Virus record (IMG/VR): IMGVR_UViG_2884683641_000001
Coordinates: 62-64,061 of that record
Strand: one strand, 5' to 3'
DNA from: a virus
Length of the DNA: 64,000 nt
The first letter of the stretch is position 1. Every line of letters begins with the position of its first letter. Position numbers and translations under genes: made by a program. This document shows, in pieces, positions 44,608 through 54,800 of this stretch. Below the pieces are notes generated by a model that made no database searches, had not been told where the DNA came from, and worked only from the letters and a program-made list of their open reading frames with translations.

Positions 44608-46104
44608 ATGTCCAAACTTACCACGATCCGCGCAGGTGAACTCCCCAAAACCGTGACTCTGCCTGCCGGGCGGGTTTTGATGTTGGATGGCTATGAAAGC
44701 GCAAGCGGCATCGCGTACCAGCTTGATCCGAGTCTTGGTGGCACGAACTCGGTTCGTTCTTGGCCGCTAAGTGCTGGCGGCGCACCGAAGATCGGCCCGT
44801 TTGCGGACGAGCAGCGCTTCTTGATTTCGTGCGCAACGGGCGCTTTCGAAGTGTCCCACGGGTTGCCGGCTCTGTATCCGGCTGCCTCAGCCTTTCCGAA
44901 TTCTGGTGTTTCTAGCGGCAATATCGCCACCCGCATGCTTACGGGGCGTGTGGCGAACGTCGTCAACAATGCGACCGGCTATTCCTGGGAGATGACTTTA
45001 TCGTTTGCCGCGCCGATCGATGCGATCCGCTGGATTTTTGGACAGTCCCGCAAGGCCGGCGTTGCGTCGGACGCGCCGACCTTCCTGGCCACAGCTTACG
45101 CGGCGGATTCCTTTGCGGACATCGATGCGGCCACGTTCACTCAATTCCTCTCCGCCGGCGGCAACAGCACGATGACTCTGGCCGCGCCGTCGACTGATTC
45201 CAACATCGTCTATACGGTTACCGATTGGCTGCGCCAGCCATCGAAAAAACGCACGGACGGCGGCCGTGGTGCACTACACTCCTGCCGCGCTTGGGTCAGC
45301 GGCGGCAACCGTATCGTCTTGCTCGGCGACGGCACTGATTCGTTCGATAACTGGGCCTCGCGGCCGGGCTCCGGTCCGCAGGCACGCATTAGGCGCACTA
45401 CTGCCGGGGGCAACGCAACTAATGCCGCCTTCGCCGGCTCGCTCGCATCGTCGTGCCCAATTTTGGGCGCGCAGATCGTCTCTCAGGGTCGGGTCTACAC
45501 CATCGGCGAATGGGGTGATTCGAACAATGAGCGCCGCGACCAGTTTATCGGCGAGGGCTTGTGCCTGCCGATGGCTGAGAAGATAAATGGCCTGAACCTG
45601 GGCTTTACGGTTGAGGCAATGTCCTGCGGCTGGTCCGGCGCGTCCACGAACGTTTGGCAAGCCAACATCAAAGCTGCGTTCGCTGCTGGCTTGATTCCAG
45701 ACGTCGCAATGTACAAAATGTTTTCTGGCAACGATATCGCATCGACGATCGCGCAATCAGACATCGACCTCATGCGTAGCCGTTTCGCTCTGCGCCTGGC
45801 CGACACCTTCGCCGGCGCCAAATGCCGTCCATGGTTGTTTGACTTCCAACCCTATAATAGCGACCAGAAGCCATTCGGTGCCACGGATATCGTGCGGCTC
45901 GGCGCCAACTCCGCACTCGCCGCCACCGGCTTTGACATCATCAACCAAAGCGCGATCGTGTCGGGCGCGGTGGATGGGACAGGTCAGACGCAGTTGGCGG
46001 ATGGCATGTTCATCGGTGACCGCATTCACTACAGCGCCAAGGCGTACAACGCGATGGTTGAAGCAAATTACCGCCGAGGGATTGAGTTGTTGACCTGCGC
46101 GTGA
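44608..46104 (+). CDS. SGNH/GDSL hydrolase-domain virion-associated protein
   Basis: GDSNNE (block I), SGND (block III), DRIHY (block V). Confidence 0.75.
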   Translation: MSKLTTIRAGELPKTVTLPAGRVLMLDGYESASGIAYQLDPSLGGTNSVRSWPLSAGGAPKIGPFADEQRFLISCATGAFEVSHGLPALYPAASAFPNSGVSSGNIATRMLTGRVANVVNNATGYSWEMTLSFAAPIDAIRWIFGQSRKAGVASDAPTFLATAYAADSFADIDAATFTQFLSAGGNSTMTLAAPSTDSNIVYTVTDWLRQPSKKRTDGGRGALHSCRAWVSGGNRIVLLGDGTDSFDNWASRPGSGPQARIRRTTAGGNATNAAFAGSLASSCPILGAQIVSQGRVYTIGEWGDSNNERRDQFIGEGLCLPMAEKINGLNLGFTVEAMSCGWSGASTNVWQANIKAAFAAGLIPDVAMYKMFSGNDIASTIAQSDIDLMRSRFALRLADTFAGAKCRPWLFDFQPYNSDQKPFGATDIVRLGANSALAATGFDIINQSAIVSGAVDGTGQTQLADGMFIGDRIHYSAKAYNAMVEANYRRGIELLTCA

Positions 46105-46113
46105 GTAAGCTCG

Positions 46114-47280
46114 TTAGGCTAAATTACGACCGTGTCGCTTCATCTTTGTCAGATCATCACGCATAGTTGCCCACGCCTCCTTCAGTTCAGATAGTGCTTT
46201 GATACGTCCAGCTTCGTCTTGAATGACAGATCGTATTGCTTTGAGGTCTGGCTCTGACCCGAATAGATCGCCAAATGCCGTTTCAATTTCCGGAACACAT
46301 TCCCAAGCTGCTTCGAGTGCTTCCTCCGCCGATGTACCCAGGTCGACATACCTCTCGGCAAGTGGGTGAATTACTCCGATGCAGTAAAACATGCGATGCG
46401 CAGCCTCTGGATGCGTCCGAGTGTTCGCCCCCGGCCACTCCCTTGGATTTAACAAGCGAAAGAACGAATAGGCGACGCGAGCCGTAGTCCTATAGCATGC
46501 GATGGGTGTTGAGAATAGTTCGTGTCTATTAAGAACTTCAGGCAATATCAAATGTCCAGAAATATCATTTGACTTGATGTACTGCGCGATAGGCAAGTAC
46601 TGCCGACGTCGATCAAGCAATTCTAAGAGTAGGTACTGGACCGCTGCGCTATCGGCGTCCATTTCGAGCGCGCGCCTTTGTAAATATATGTCGGTATTTT
46701 GTGCGTCAGAATCCATTTCCTGTATTTGGTTCTTGCCAGTGATCTTTTGAAGCCACCTAGTATGTCCATTATTAATGTGTGCAAATTCGTGATAGATGAG
46801 AAATTCTACGGCGAGGCAGGCGAACTGACTTGCGTACTCTCGTCGTTTGGGGTCTTCCGGCTGTACAGCTAGCGCCGCTGAGGTGCGAGCAAGATCAGAA
46901 AATGACTCTAGTCTAGCCTTAGTCGTTTCTTCTGGTGATGTCTTTGAAAATTCGGAAAATACCTTTGGATTGCAAAATATTCTATAAAAATAATTGAATA
47001 TAGTCGAAATGGCGATACTATTCACACCAATAAAATCAAAGCCATTTTTCTCATCAGGCGATGAATACGCGAATGCATTTATCCGGTCACCGTTAAGCAC
47101 GTCAAAGTAAATTGGGCGCAATTTGTCGGTAAACCATCTATGCGCTAAAATAGATACATAATTACTTATTCCGGCCTTGCATGAATTAATTAATTCATCG
47201 AAGCTTTTCGAAACGCCCGTTGGCGAAAATCTGCCGCCGCTTTGAGATATTAGATCTTCGAGTTCGTCGTTCGTCTGCAT
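46114..47280 (-). CDS. Antisense moron, HExxH zinc metalloprotease (Lit/peptidase U49- or M48-like)
   Basis: INAFAY, YHEFAHINNGH, ALEMDADSAA, THP...R; AT-rich; AGGAGG SD. Confidence 0.8.
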   Translation of the reverse strand: MQTNDELEDLISQSGGRFSPTGVSKSFDELINSCKAGISNYVSILAHRWFTDKLRPIYFDVLNGDRINAFAYSSPDEKNGFDFIGVNSIAISTIFNYFYRIFCNPKVFSEFSKTSPEETTKARLESFSDLARTSAALAVQPEDPKRREYASQFACLAVEFLIYHEFAHINNGHTRWLQKITGKNQIQEMDSDAQNTDIYLQRRALEMDADSAAVQYLLLELLDRRRQYLPIAQYIKSNDISGHLILPEVLNRHELFSTPIACYRTTARVAYSFFRLLNPREWPGANTRTHPEAAHRMFYCIGVIHPLAERYVDLGTSAEEALEAAWECVPEIETAFGDLFGSEPDLKAIRSVIQDEAGRIKALSELKEAWATMRDDLTKMKRHGRNLA

Positions 47281-47323
47281 TTTTCCTCCTCCTATTGCGT
47301 GCTGTTACCAAAGAGCTATACCA

Positions 47324-47842
47324 ATGCTAACTGAAACCGGCACCGGCCTGCCAAATGCCGAAAGCTACATCAGCGTCGCCGACGCGACCGCGCACCACGC
47401 CGCAATGGGCAACGCCGCCTGGGCCGCGTTGGCCAGCGACGACCTGCGCGAGCAGGCGCTGCGCCGCGCCACGGCCTACATGCAGCAGACCTATCGCGCT
47501 CGCTGGAAGGGTATGCGCACGACCAGCAGCCAGGCGCTGGACTGGCCGCGCTACGACGTGGAGCTCGATGACGTTGGCTATGGCCGCTACGCTTCGATCC
47601 TGCCGTCCAACGTTGTGCCGGCCGAGGTGCGCACCGCGTGCGCCGACCTGGCGCTGCGGGCGGCGACCGGCGTCGAATTGTCGCCGGACCTCGATCGCAC
47701 GATTACTCGCGAGACCGTCGGCCCGATTACCACCGAGTACGAGAACGGCGCGCCCGAGGCGCCGCGCTTCCGGTCGGTGGATCGCATGCTGGCGCCGTAC
47801 CTGTGCGGCTCGAGCCTTTCGGGTCGGATGGTGCGCGGATGA
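47324..47842 (+). CDS. Head-tail adaptor (DnaT-like ssDNA-binding-domain family)
   Basis: NAESYISVADA...QALDWPR...VPAEVRTACADLA...VGPITTEY. Confidence 0.82.
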   Translation: MLTETGTGLPNAESYISVADATAHHAAMGNAAWAALASDDLREQALRRATAYMQQTYRARWKGMRTTSSQALDWPRYDVELDDVGYGRYASILPSNVVPAEVRTACADLALRAATGVELSPDLDRTITRETVGPITTEYENGAPEAPRFRSVDRMLAPYLCGSSLSGRMVRG

Positions 47843-48276
47843 CGATCATTGCATGGGACGGTAAAACGCTGGCCGCCGACAAGCAGAGCACCTGCGCCGG
47901 GCACGCCTCGACCGTCACAAAAATCCATCGCACACAGACTGGCCTTGTCGGCTTCGCAGGCAAGGCGTCGCACGCCCGCGCGCTGCTGGAATGGTTTAAC
48001 GCTGGGGCGCCATTGGAGCGCTGGCCCGCCAGTCCCGATAGGGATAACTGGGCCGATGCGATTGTCGTTTGCCCGAGTGGCGAAGTACGCGAATATGTCG
48101 GCAATGGCGGCGGCCACTACGAACTGGTGGAAGATGCATTCTGCGCCATGGGCGGTGGTCGTGATTATGCGCTGGCAGCTATGTATCTCGGGAAGTCTGC
48201 CCGAGAGGCGGTTGAGGTCGCCTGTGCGCTCGACATCACGTGCGGCATGGGCATCGATACGCTGGAGCTGGAATGA
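47839..48276 (+). CDS. Ntn-hydrolase/HslV-proteasome-like small protein
   Basis: M-TIIAWDGKTLAAD...TKI...GGGRDYALAAM...SAREAVEVACALD. Confidence 0.65.
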   Translation: MTIIAWDGKTLAADKQSTCAGHASTVTKIHRTQTGLVGFAGKASHARALLEWFNAGAPLERWPASPDRDNWADAIVVCPSGEVREYVGNGGGHYELVEDAFCAMGGGRDYALAAMYLGKSAREAVEVACALDITCGMGIDTLELE

Positions 48277-48656
48277 CCGACTATACCGCCACCGCGCGCC
48301 GCGCCGACAAGACGCTGCGGCGAACCGGTCAGTTGCTCGAGTTGACGCTGAAGCAGCCGGGCGTCTACGCCGGCGGCGCCAAGCAACCGGGCGTGCCGAT
48401 CACTAAGCATGCCTGGGGCATAGAAACCGGCGTCACCGCGCACGACCTGGGCGTCGGCGCCATCAACGGCAGCCTGATCAAGTCCGGTGACCGCAAGATC
48501 CTGATGTCAGCCTTCGATGACGCCGGCGCCGCGCTGCCGGAGCCGAAGGTTGAGGATCTGGTGCTGGCTGGCGGCGTGAAGTACGCCATCAAGAACATCG
48601 ACAAGGTGGCGCCGGCCGGCGTGGTGGTGATGTGGCAGCTGGTGGCGCGGATCTGA
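48273..48656 (+). CDS. Head closure/completion protein
   Basis: LIKSGDRKIL, AIKNIDKVAPAG; position. Confidence 0.72.
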   Translation: MTDYTATARRADKTLRRTGQLLELTLKQPGVYAGGAKQPGVPITKHAWGIETGVTAHDLGVGAINGSLIKSGDRKILMSAFDDAGAALPEPKVEDLVLAGGVKYAIKNIDKVAPAGVVVMWQLVARI

Positions 48657-49246
48657 TGAGCACTTTCGCACTGCAGATAAGCGCTTGGGTGGAGAAGACG
48701 AAGAGCAATGCTGATCAGGTGACCAGGTATGCGTTGATGGAGATCGACAAACGCATCATCAACCGCTCCCCGGTTGGTGATCCAAAGTACTGGAAGCACA
48801 ACCCGAATGCTCCGAAAGTGTTCGGAAAGTTTGGCGCAACCGGACCGAAAAAAGACTGGCAACTGGGCTTTCTGAGCGGCGAGACATCGTCGTATCGCAT
48901 GGGCGGCGCAGGGTATGTCGGCGGCCGTTTTCGAGCAAATTGGCAGATGTCGATCGGCACTCCGGCCGGCGGCGTCCTTGATGCGATCGACCAAGACGGC
49001 AAGGCAACCTTGGACTCGCATGCCATCGTCGTATCAATAGCAAAAGCGGGCCAGGTCTTCTACCTAATGAACAACCTGCCGTACGCGCAGTGCATCGAGC
49101 GCGGCTGGTCGCGCCAGGCGCCGGTCGGCGTCGTGGCGTTGACCGTGGTGGAGTGGAACAATATCGTCAACGACGCCGTCAACGGTGTGCGCGCCGGCAC
49201 CAGCGTCGCCGACTTCAAGCAGGGATACGAGAGTTACGGCCTATGA
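48656..49246 (+). CDS. HK97 gp10-like tail completion protein
   Basis: SPVGDP...GGRFRANW...NNLPYAQCIERGWSRQAPVGVV. Confidence 0.82.
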   Translation: MSTFALQISAWVEKTKSNADQVTRYALMEIDKRIINRSPVGDPKYWKHNPNAPKVFGKFGATGPKKDWQLGFLSGETSSYRMGGAGYVGGRFRANWQMSIGTPAGGVLDAIDQDGKATLDSHAIVVSIAKAGQVFYLMNNLPYAQCIERGWSRQAPVGVVALTVVEWNNIVNDAVNGVRAGTSVADFKQGYESYGL

Positions 49247-49656
49247 CCGATCCGATCATCAACATCCGCGACGCACTGGAGGAGGCGCTGGCCAGCGTCG
49301 ATCCGGCCATCGACATCGTGCACCAAGGCGAGGGCTACGAGCCGCTGCCGGACCGCCCGTACTGTGAAGCGTACCTGCTGCCCGGCCAGCCGAACAACGC
49401 CACGGTCGGCGCCGGCTTCTACCAGGAGCAGGGCATTTTCCAGGTCACGCTGAAATATCCGGATGGGATAGGCACCCTGGAGTGTGCAACCCGCGCCGGC
49501 CTCTTGCGGGCACTGTTCAAGCGCGGCGCCACCTTCAGCTCAGGCGGCGTCGACGTGCAGATCGATCGCACGCCGGAGTTGTCCGCCGGCTCGTCGGAGG
49601 ACGGCCACTGGCGCCAAGACGTGCGCATCCGCTGGCACGCCGATATCTTCACCTGA
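49243..49656 (+). CDS. Tail terminator protein
   Basis: QEQGIFQVTLKYP...LFKRG...VRIRW; position before the tube gene. Confidence 0.78.
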   Translation: MTDPIINIRDALEEALASVDPAIDIVHQGEGYEPLPDRPYCEAYLLPGQPNNATVGAGFYQEQGIFQVTLKYPDGIGTLECATRAGLLRALFKRGATFSSGGVDVQIDRTPELSAGSSEDGHWRQDVRIRWHADIFT

Positions 49657-49740
49657 TTCACCACCCAAGCCGCCGCAAGGCGGTTTTTCATTTCTGGCTC
49701 GCCATGTGCGGGCCTTTTTTATTTCCGAAAGGCTTTTCAC

Positions 49741-50946
49741 ATGGCAACCACTGCAAATGGTATTGACAGCCTGCTGGTGCTGGCGAAGCAGACCGCCGAG
49801 GGCACCCAGGCGCTGGCCGGCAACGGCAAGTTGTACCCGCGCGTCACCGCCACCTTCGACACCGAGGCCGACAAGTATAGTTCGAACGAGATCGATCCGA
49901 GCCAGCAGCAGAGCGACACGCGTCTGGGCAACTTCCGCGTGGCTGGCGCACTGAACGCGGAAGCCTCCTGCGGCACGTACGCCGACCTGATCGCCGCGCT
50001 GCTGCGCCGCGACTTCACCGTCGCTGGCACCACCGCCGCAGCAGCCACCATCGCCGCGGTAGCCGATGGCTTTACCCGTAGCGCCGGCTCGTTCATCACC
50101 GACGGCCACCGGGCTGGTACCGTCGTGCGCATTACCGGCTTCGCTGCGCCAGCCGCCGCGAACAACGGCAAGAATTTCTTCCTGACCGCTGTCACCCCGA
50201 CGAAGCTGTCCGGTCAATATCTGGACGGCAGCAGCATCGTGACCAAGGCGGCCGGCGACAACGTGGCGATCGCCGCGCCGGGCAAGCGCACCTTCACGCC
50301 GCTGACCGGCCACACTCGCGACTTTTTCACCTCCGAGGTACAGGACCCCGGCATTTCCGTGAACCGTGTGTTCGTCGATAACTTTGTCAGCAAAGGTGAT
50401 CTGTCGATCCAGCCGAACGGCCTGACCACGCTGAACTTTACCCTGATGGGCAAAAAAGAGCTCGACACGACGCCGGCGCCGTACTTCGCAGCACCCGCCG
50501 CGCCGCCGGGTACCGGTAAGTTTTCTGGCGCCACCGCCATGCTGTCGGTCGCCGGAATTCCGTCGCAAATTTGCACTGGCATGTCAATCAGCATCGACGG
50601 CCAGGGCAAGCTCGACAGCGTGATCGGCACCAAATACGCCACTGCTGTCTCGCGCGGCAAGATCGCCGGCACCGGCCAGTTCACGGTGATGCTGCAAGAC
50701 AGCGCCTACCTGGATTACTTCAAGGAAGAGATCGAGGTACCGCTGGCGTATGTCATGGCAGCAGGCAGTGGTCCGCTGGCCGACTGCATGGCCATCTCGG
50801 CTGGCCGCATCAAGATCACCTCGGCGAAGGTGGATGACGGCGAGAAAAACAAAATCGTCACCTGCGCTTTTGACATTTTGCGTTCCCGCGCAACGGACAT
50901 CCAGTTCGACAGCACCACCGTCGCCTGGCAGGACACGACCCTGTAA
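49741..50946 (+). CDS. Major tail tube protein
   Basis: 401 aa; SNEIDPSQQQSDTR; position before the chaperone and TMP genes. Confidence 0.82.
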   Translation: MATTANGIDSLLVLAKQTAEGTQALAGNGKLYPRVTATFDTEADKYSSNEIDPSQQQSDTRLGNFRVAGALNAEASCGTYADLIAALLRRDFTVAGTTAAAATIAAVADGFTRSAGSFITDGHRAGTVVRITGFAAPAAANNGKNFFLTAVTPTKLSGQYLDGSSIVTKAAGDNVAIAAPGKRTFTPLTGHTRDFFTSEVQDPGISVNRVFVDNFVSKGDLSIQPNGLTTLNFTLMGKKELDTTPAPYFAAPAAPPGTGKFSGATAMLSVAGIPSQICTGMSISIDGQGKLDSVIGTKYATAVSRGKIAGTGQFTVMLQDSAYLDYFKEEIEVPLAYVMAAGSGPLADCMAISAGRIKITSAKVDDGEKNKIVTCAFDILRSRATDIQFDSTTVAWQDTTL

Positions 50947-51072
50947 TTCACCGCCGGCGCCGCCGGTAATCCCTTTTGGCGTAAGCCATCACCAGCACCG
51001 ACCGGTCGCTGTCGCCTTTCGCGGGGCGCGGCGGCCGGCACGGGCACCTATATTCCCGCGAAAGGCAACACC

Positions 51073-51567
51073 ATGAACACTGCTCAAACCATCATCGCCA
51101 CCGGCTTCGATATCTCCGCCCTGACCGCAGCGCCGGCCGATCCGGCAACCTTCAACGTTGACCTGATCTTCAACGCCGACGGCGACGCGGTCAGCGGCCT
51201 GATCTGCGTCGGCAAGAACAGCCACCAATACCAGGAGATCACGAAGACCATTCGCGCCGAGAACCTGAAGCGCGGCGCGCGCACCGGTACCGCTATCGAC
51301 ACCAAGACCGACGAAGGCGCCGCGCTGGCAGTCGACCTGTCGAACGAAAACGCCAAGCGCATCGCGTTGGCCGTCACCGTTGGCTGGTTCGGCTTCACCA
51401 GCGCAGGCGCGCCGGCGCCGTTCGACAAAAACCTGATCAAAGCTGGCTTCGATAGCCGCCCGACCTGGGTGGACGCGGTGACGGCCGGCCTGGAAAAAGA
51501 CGCAAATTTTTCGAAGCTCTTGCCCAAAGCCTCCTCGACTTCGCCGGCCACCAGTTCCAACGGCTAA
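51073..51567 (+). CDS. Tail assembly chaperone (G)
   Basis: Position; KRIALAVTVGWFG; ANF at the slippery site. Confidence 0.82.
   Translation: MNTAQTIIATGFDISALTAAPADPATFNVDLIFNADGDAVSGLICVGKNSHQYQEITKTIRAENLKRGARTGTAIDTKTDEGAALAVDLSNENAKRIALAVTVGWFGFTSAGAPAPFDKNLIKAGFDSRPTWVDAVTAGLEKDANFSKLLPKASSTSPATSSNG
51504..51510 (+). other. Programmed -1 frameshift site A-AAT-TTT
   Basis: X-XXY-YYZ heptamer in frame; the -1 frame is open from here to 51872. Confidence 0.8.
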
Positions 51568-51872
51568 GCAAGGCCGCTGACGGCAATTCGAAGGGGGATC
51601 ACCTTGACGCCGCAAAGCGTCACCCCTTCTACAAGGCGGAGGTGGCGCCGGATCCTCCACGCTGCCCCTACGAGCTGACCGACCTGTGGGAATGGTTCAC
51701 CACGCTGAATCGCCGGCGTCAGGCCGGCATGGCGCTGAATCCGCTTTCGAGCGATGAGGTGTTGAAGTGGTGCGCGCGTCAGCGACTCAGCTTGAGTCCC
51801 TACGAGCACACCCTGATTGACCGGCTGGACGACCTGTATTTGTCGTACCAGAACCAGAAAGAATCCGCATGA
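51507..51872 (+). CDS. Frameshift extension (T part of the GT chaperone)
   Basis: -1 frame FEALAQSLLDFAGHQF...LWEWFTTLNRRR...LIDRLD; ends overlapping the TMP start. Confidence 0.75.
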   Translation, partial: FFEALAQSLLDFAGHQFQRLSKAADGNSKGDHLDAAKRHPFYKAEVAPDPPRCPYELTDLWEWFTTLNRRRQAGMALNPLSSDEVLKWCARQRLSLSPYEHTLIDRLDDLYLSYQNQKESA

Positions 51873-54800
51873 CCGATATCGCTTCGCTGGGCCTCGAGAT
51901 CAACACCTCGCAGGTCACCCAGGCTAATGCTGAGCTGGACAAGTTCACGGACGCTGCAAAGCGCGTGGACGAGGCCGTCAACAAGGTCAAGCCGTCGGTC
52001 GATGGTGCCAGCACGGCCATCGATCAACTGGGGGAAACCAGCGAGCGAACCGGTCAGCGCGTGCGAGTGAGCAACGGCCAGATGAACGATACGGCCGAAA
52101 TCATGCGCCGCGCCGCTGAGCAGGCCCGGCTGCTCGAGCAGGCCAACGATGCTTACCTGAAGTCACTGCAGCGCGAGATCGACGTGTTCGGTCTCTCGCG
52201 TGAAGAGCTGGCGCGCTACACGGCCGCCGAGCGCGGTCTGGCCCAGGCCACGCAGGATCGCGCCGCCGTGCTGGGCGCCAGCATCGACGCCATGCATCGC
52301 GAGGAGCAGGCCGCCCGCGAGCTCGCGGCTGCCGAAGACCGGGCGACGGCAGCCGCCGATTCCTTCATCAAGAAGCTGCAGGAGCAGGTGGCGACGCAGA
52401 ACCTGACCACGAAGGAGCTGCTCGCGCACCGCGCTGCGCAGCTGGGTGTCGCCGACGCCGCGGCGCCGCTGATCGCCCAGGTCAAGGACGCCGGCCACCA
52501 CATGGATGACTTCTCGCTGTCGACCGTTGGCGCGCGCCGCGAACTGCTGGTGCTGGCGCACGAGCTCAGCCAGGGCAACTTCCAGAAGTTCGGCGGCTCG
52601 ATGATGGTGCTGGGTGAGCAGACCGGCGCCGCTGGGTTGCTGTTCAGTGCCGCCGGCGTGGCAATTGCTGGCGTGGTCGGCGTCCTTGGTCTGGTTGGTT
52701 ACGCTGCCGTCAAGGGCGCGCTGGATCAAAAGCACATGAACGATGCGCTCATTATGACGGGCAATTATGCCGGCGTGACGGCGGATCAATTAAATGACCT
52801 CGCGCATGCCGCAGCTGCCGCCGGCGGAAGCATCGGCGAAGCCAAGAAAGTTGCCACTGAACTCGCGGCGAGCGGCAAATTCTCCGGCGAGCAGATCGGC
52901 TACATCACGGAGGCGACCGTCGCTTGGGAGCATGCCACCGGCAAGTCCACGGATAGCATCATCAAGGACTTCGAGAAGTTGGCGGTTCAGGGCTATGGGA
53001 ACAGTGCGCGAGCAACGGAAATGGTCTCGAAGCGCGCTCTCGAGCTCAACGACCAGTATCACTTCTTGACCGAGGCCGTCTACGAGCAAATTCGCGCCCT
53101 CGAAAAAGAGGGTGACGCCCGCGCCGCCTCGTCCCTTGCGTTGAAAACAATGTCGGACGTGACCAAGGAGCGCGCCGAAAGCATTACCGAAAATCTCGGC
53201 ACCATCGCGCGCTACTGGAATGCCGTGAAGCACGAGGTGGGCGGTGTCATCGACTACCTGGGTGACCTTGGGAAAAAGACTACGCCCGCCATGGAGGTTG
53301 CGCGGCTTACAAAAGAGATTGCTCAGATCGACAATGGCCAGTATGCCGCTATCAATGGTGGCGACCGATCTTCGTATGACCAGCGCACGCTCGCCGCGAT
53401 CCGCGCAGCCGACGTAAGGGCACTGACGAAAGCGCAAGCTGAGCTGAATGCAGTTAATGAGAAAGCTGCCGCGGATCGCGACAAGGCCATCGTCCAGTCG
53501 GATGGCGCGCATGCCGCCTCGCGGATCCTGCAGGACAACCAGAAGCTGGAAGCCAAGAACCTCAGCGAACTGGATATTAAGCTTCGCCAGTACGGGGAGG
53601 ATCTCGCCAAGGTTGCCGCAGCAAATCCTGACAGCCCGCTACTGGGGCAGGATGCCGTCAACGAGCACACCGCCGCGCTGATCAAGGCGCACTCCAAGCC
53701 TGAGAAGGGACAGGACGACCGCGCGAAGGTATTGCAAGATCGGCTGCAAAACGAACAGGCTGCGCTGGACGCTGAGAAGCGCATTTACGACTCACGCGAC
53801 AAGATGCTGGCTGTCTATCACGAAAAATTTGGTCTGTCGGACGATGCATTCTATGCCGGCCGTGCTGCGGCGCGCGCGGATTACCTCGCGGCCGAAGCGA
53901 TCACGTATGCCAAAGAAACCGCGCTGGTCCAGGCGTCTTTGGCCGCAGCGAAGAATCCAGCCGAAGTCGCCGCGGCGAAGTCGAAATACGACCAGCTCAC
54001 TGCCGCGCACCAGAAGTTCGTGGACGACATGCGCACCGTGGGCGGTGAAGATTCCATCAACGCTGCGGCTAATGTCGAGAAGTCCTATCAGGACGCGATC
54101 AAGGGCGTGCAGGCACTTGGCATCGCCGAAGGTAAGCGAGTGGACGATGCGATCGACAAGCAGAAGCTGCACAACGCCGAGATCGGCAAATCCAAGGATC
54201 AGATCGAATTGGCGAAACAAGCCGCTATCGATCTGGAGACTGTGCAGCTGGCCAGCGACGCCGACTACCTGCGCGACGCCATGAACAAGATGGACTTGGA
54301 CGAGAAGAGCCTGGCCATCTACACGATGCGGCTGAGCTATCTGGATGATGAGGTCGCGAAGCGCCGCCAGCTGTCCCAGATGCTGGCTGATGCGGCGGTG
54401 CTGCAAGCGAATGCCGATGCGGCAAAGAAGGCTGCGCACGAATGGGACGATACCGCCAAGCACGTCAGCAGCACGCTGGCCGACGCGATCGCCAACGGCG
54501 GCGGCAACGCCTGGAAGAAGTTGAAGGCGCAGATCATTCAGCTGGGCCTGGAGGTGCCGATCCAGTTCGCCGCCAACGGCATCGCATCGCTGCTGAACCC
54601 AGGCGCACCACAGGCCGCCGGCGCCGGCAACGGCCTGCTGAGCGCCGCCGGAAACGCCAGTTCGATTTACAACACGGTGACCGGCAAGAGCCTGGGCGGG
54701 CTGACCGGCACGCTCGGCAGCGGCATCGCTGCTATCGGCAACGGCATCGGCTCGTCCAGCCTGAGCGCCTTCGGCGCCGGCTTTGCCAACGTTGGCGGCG

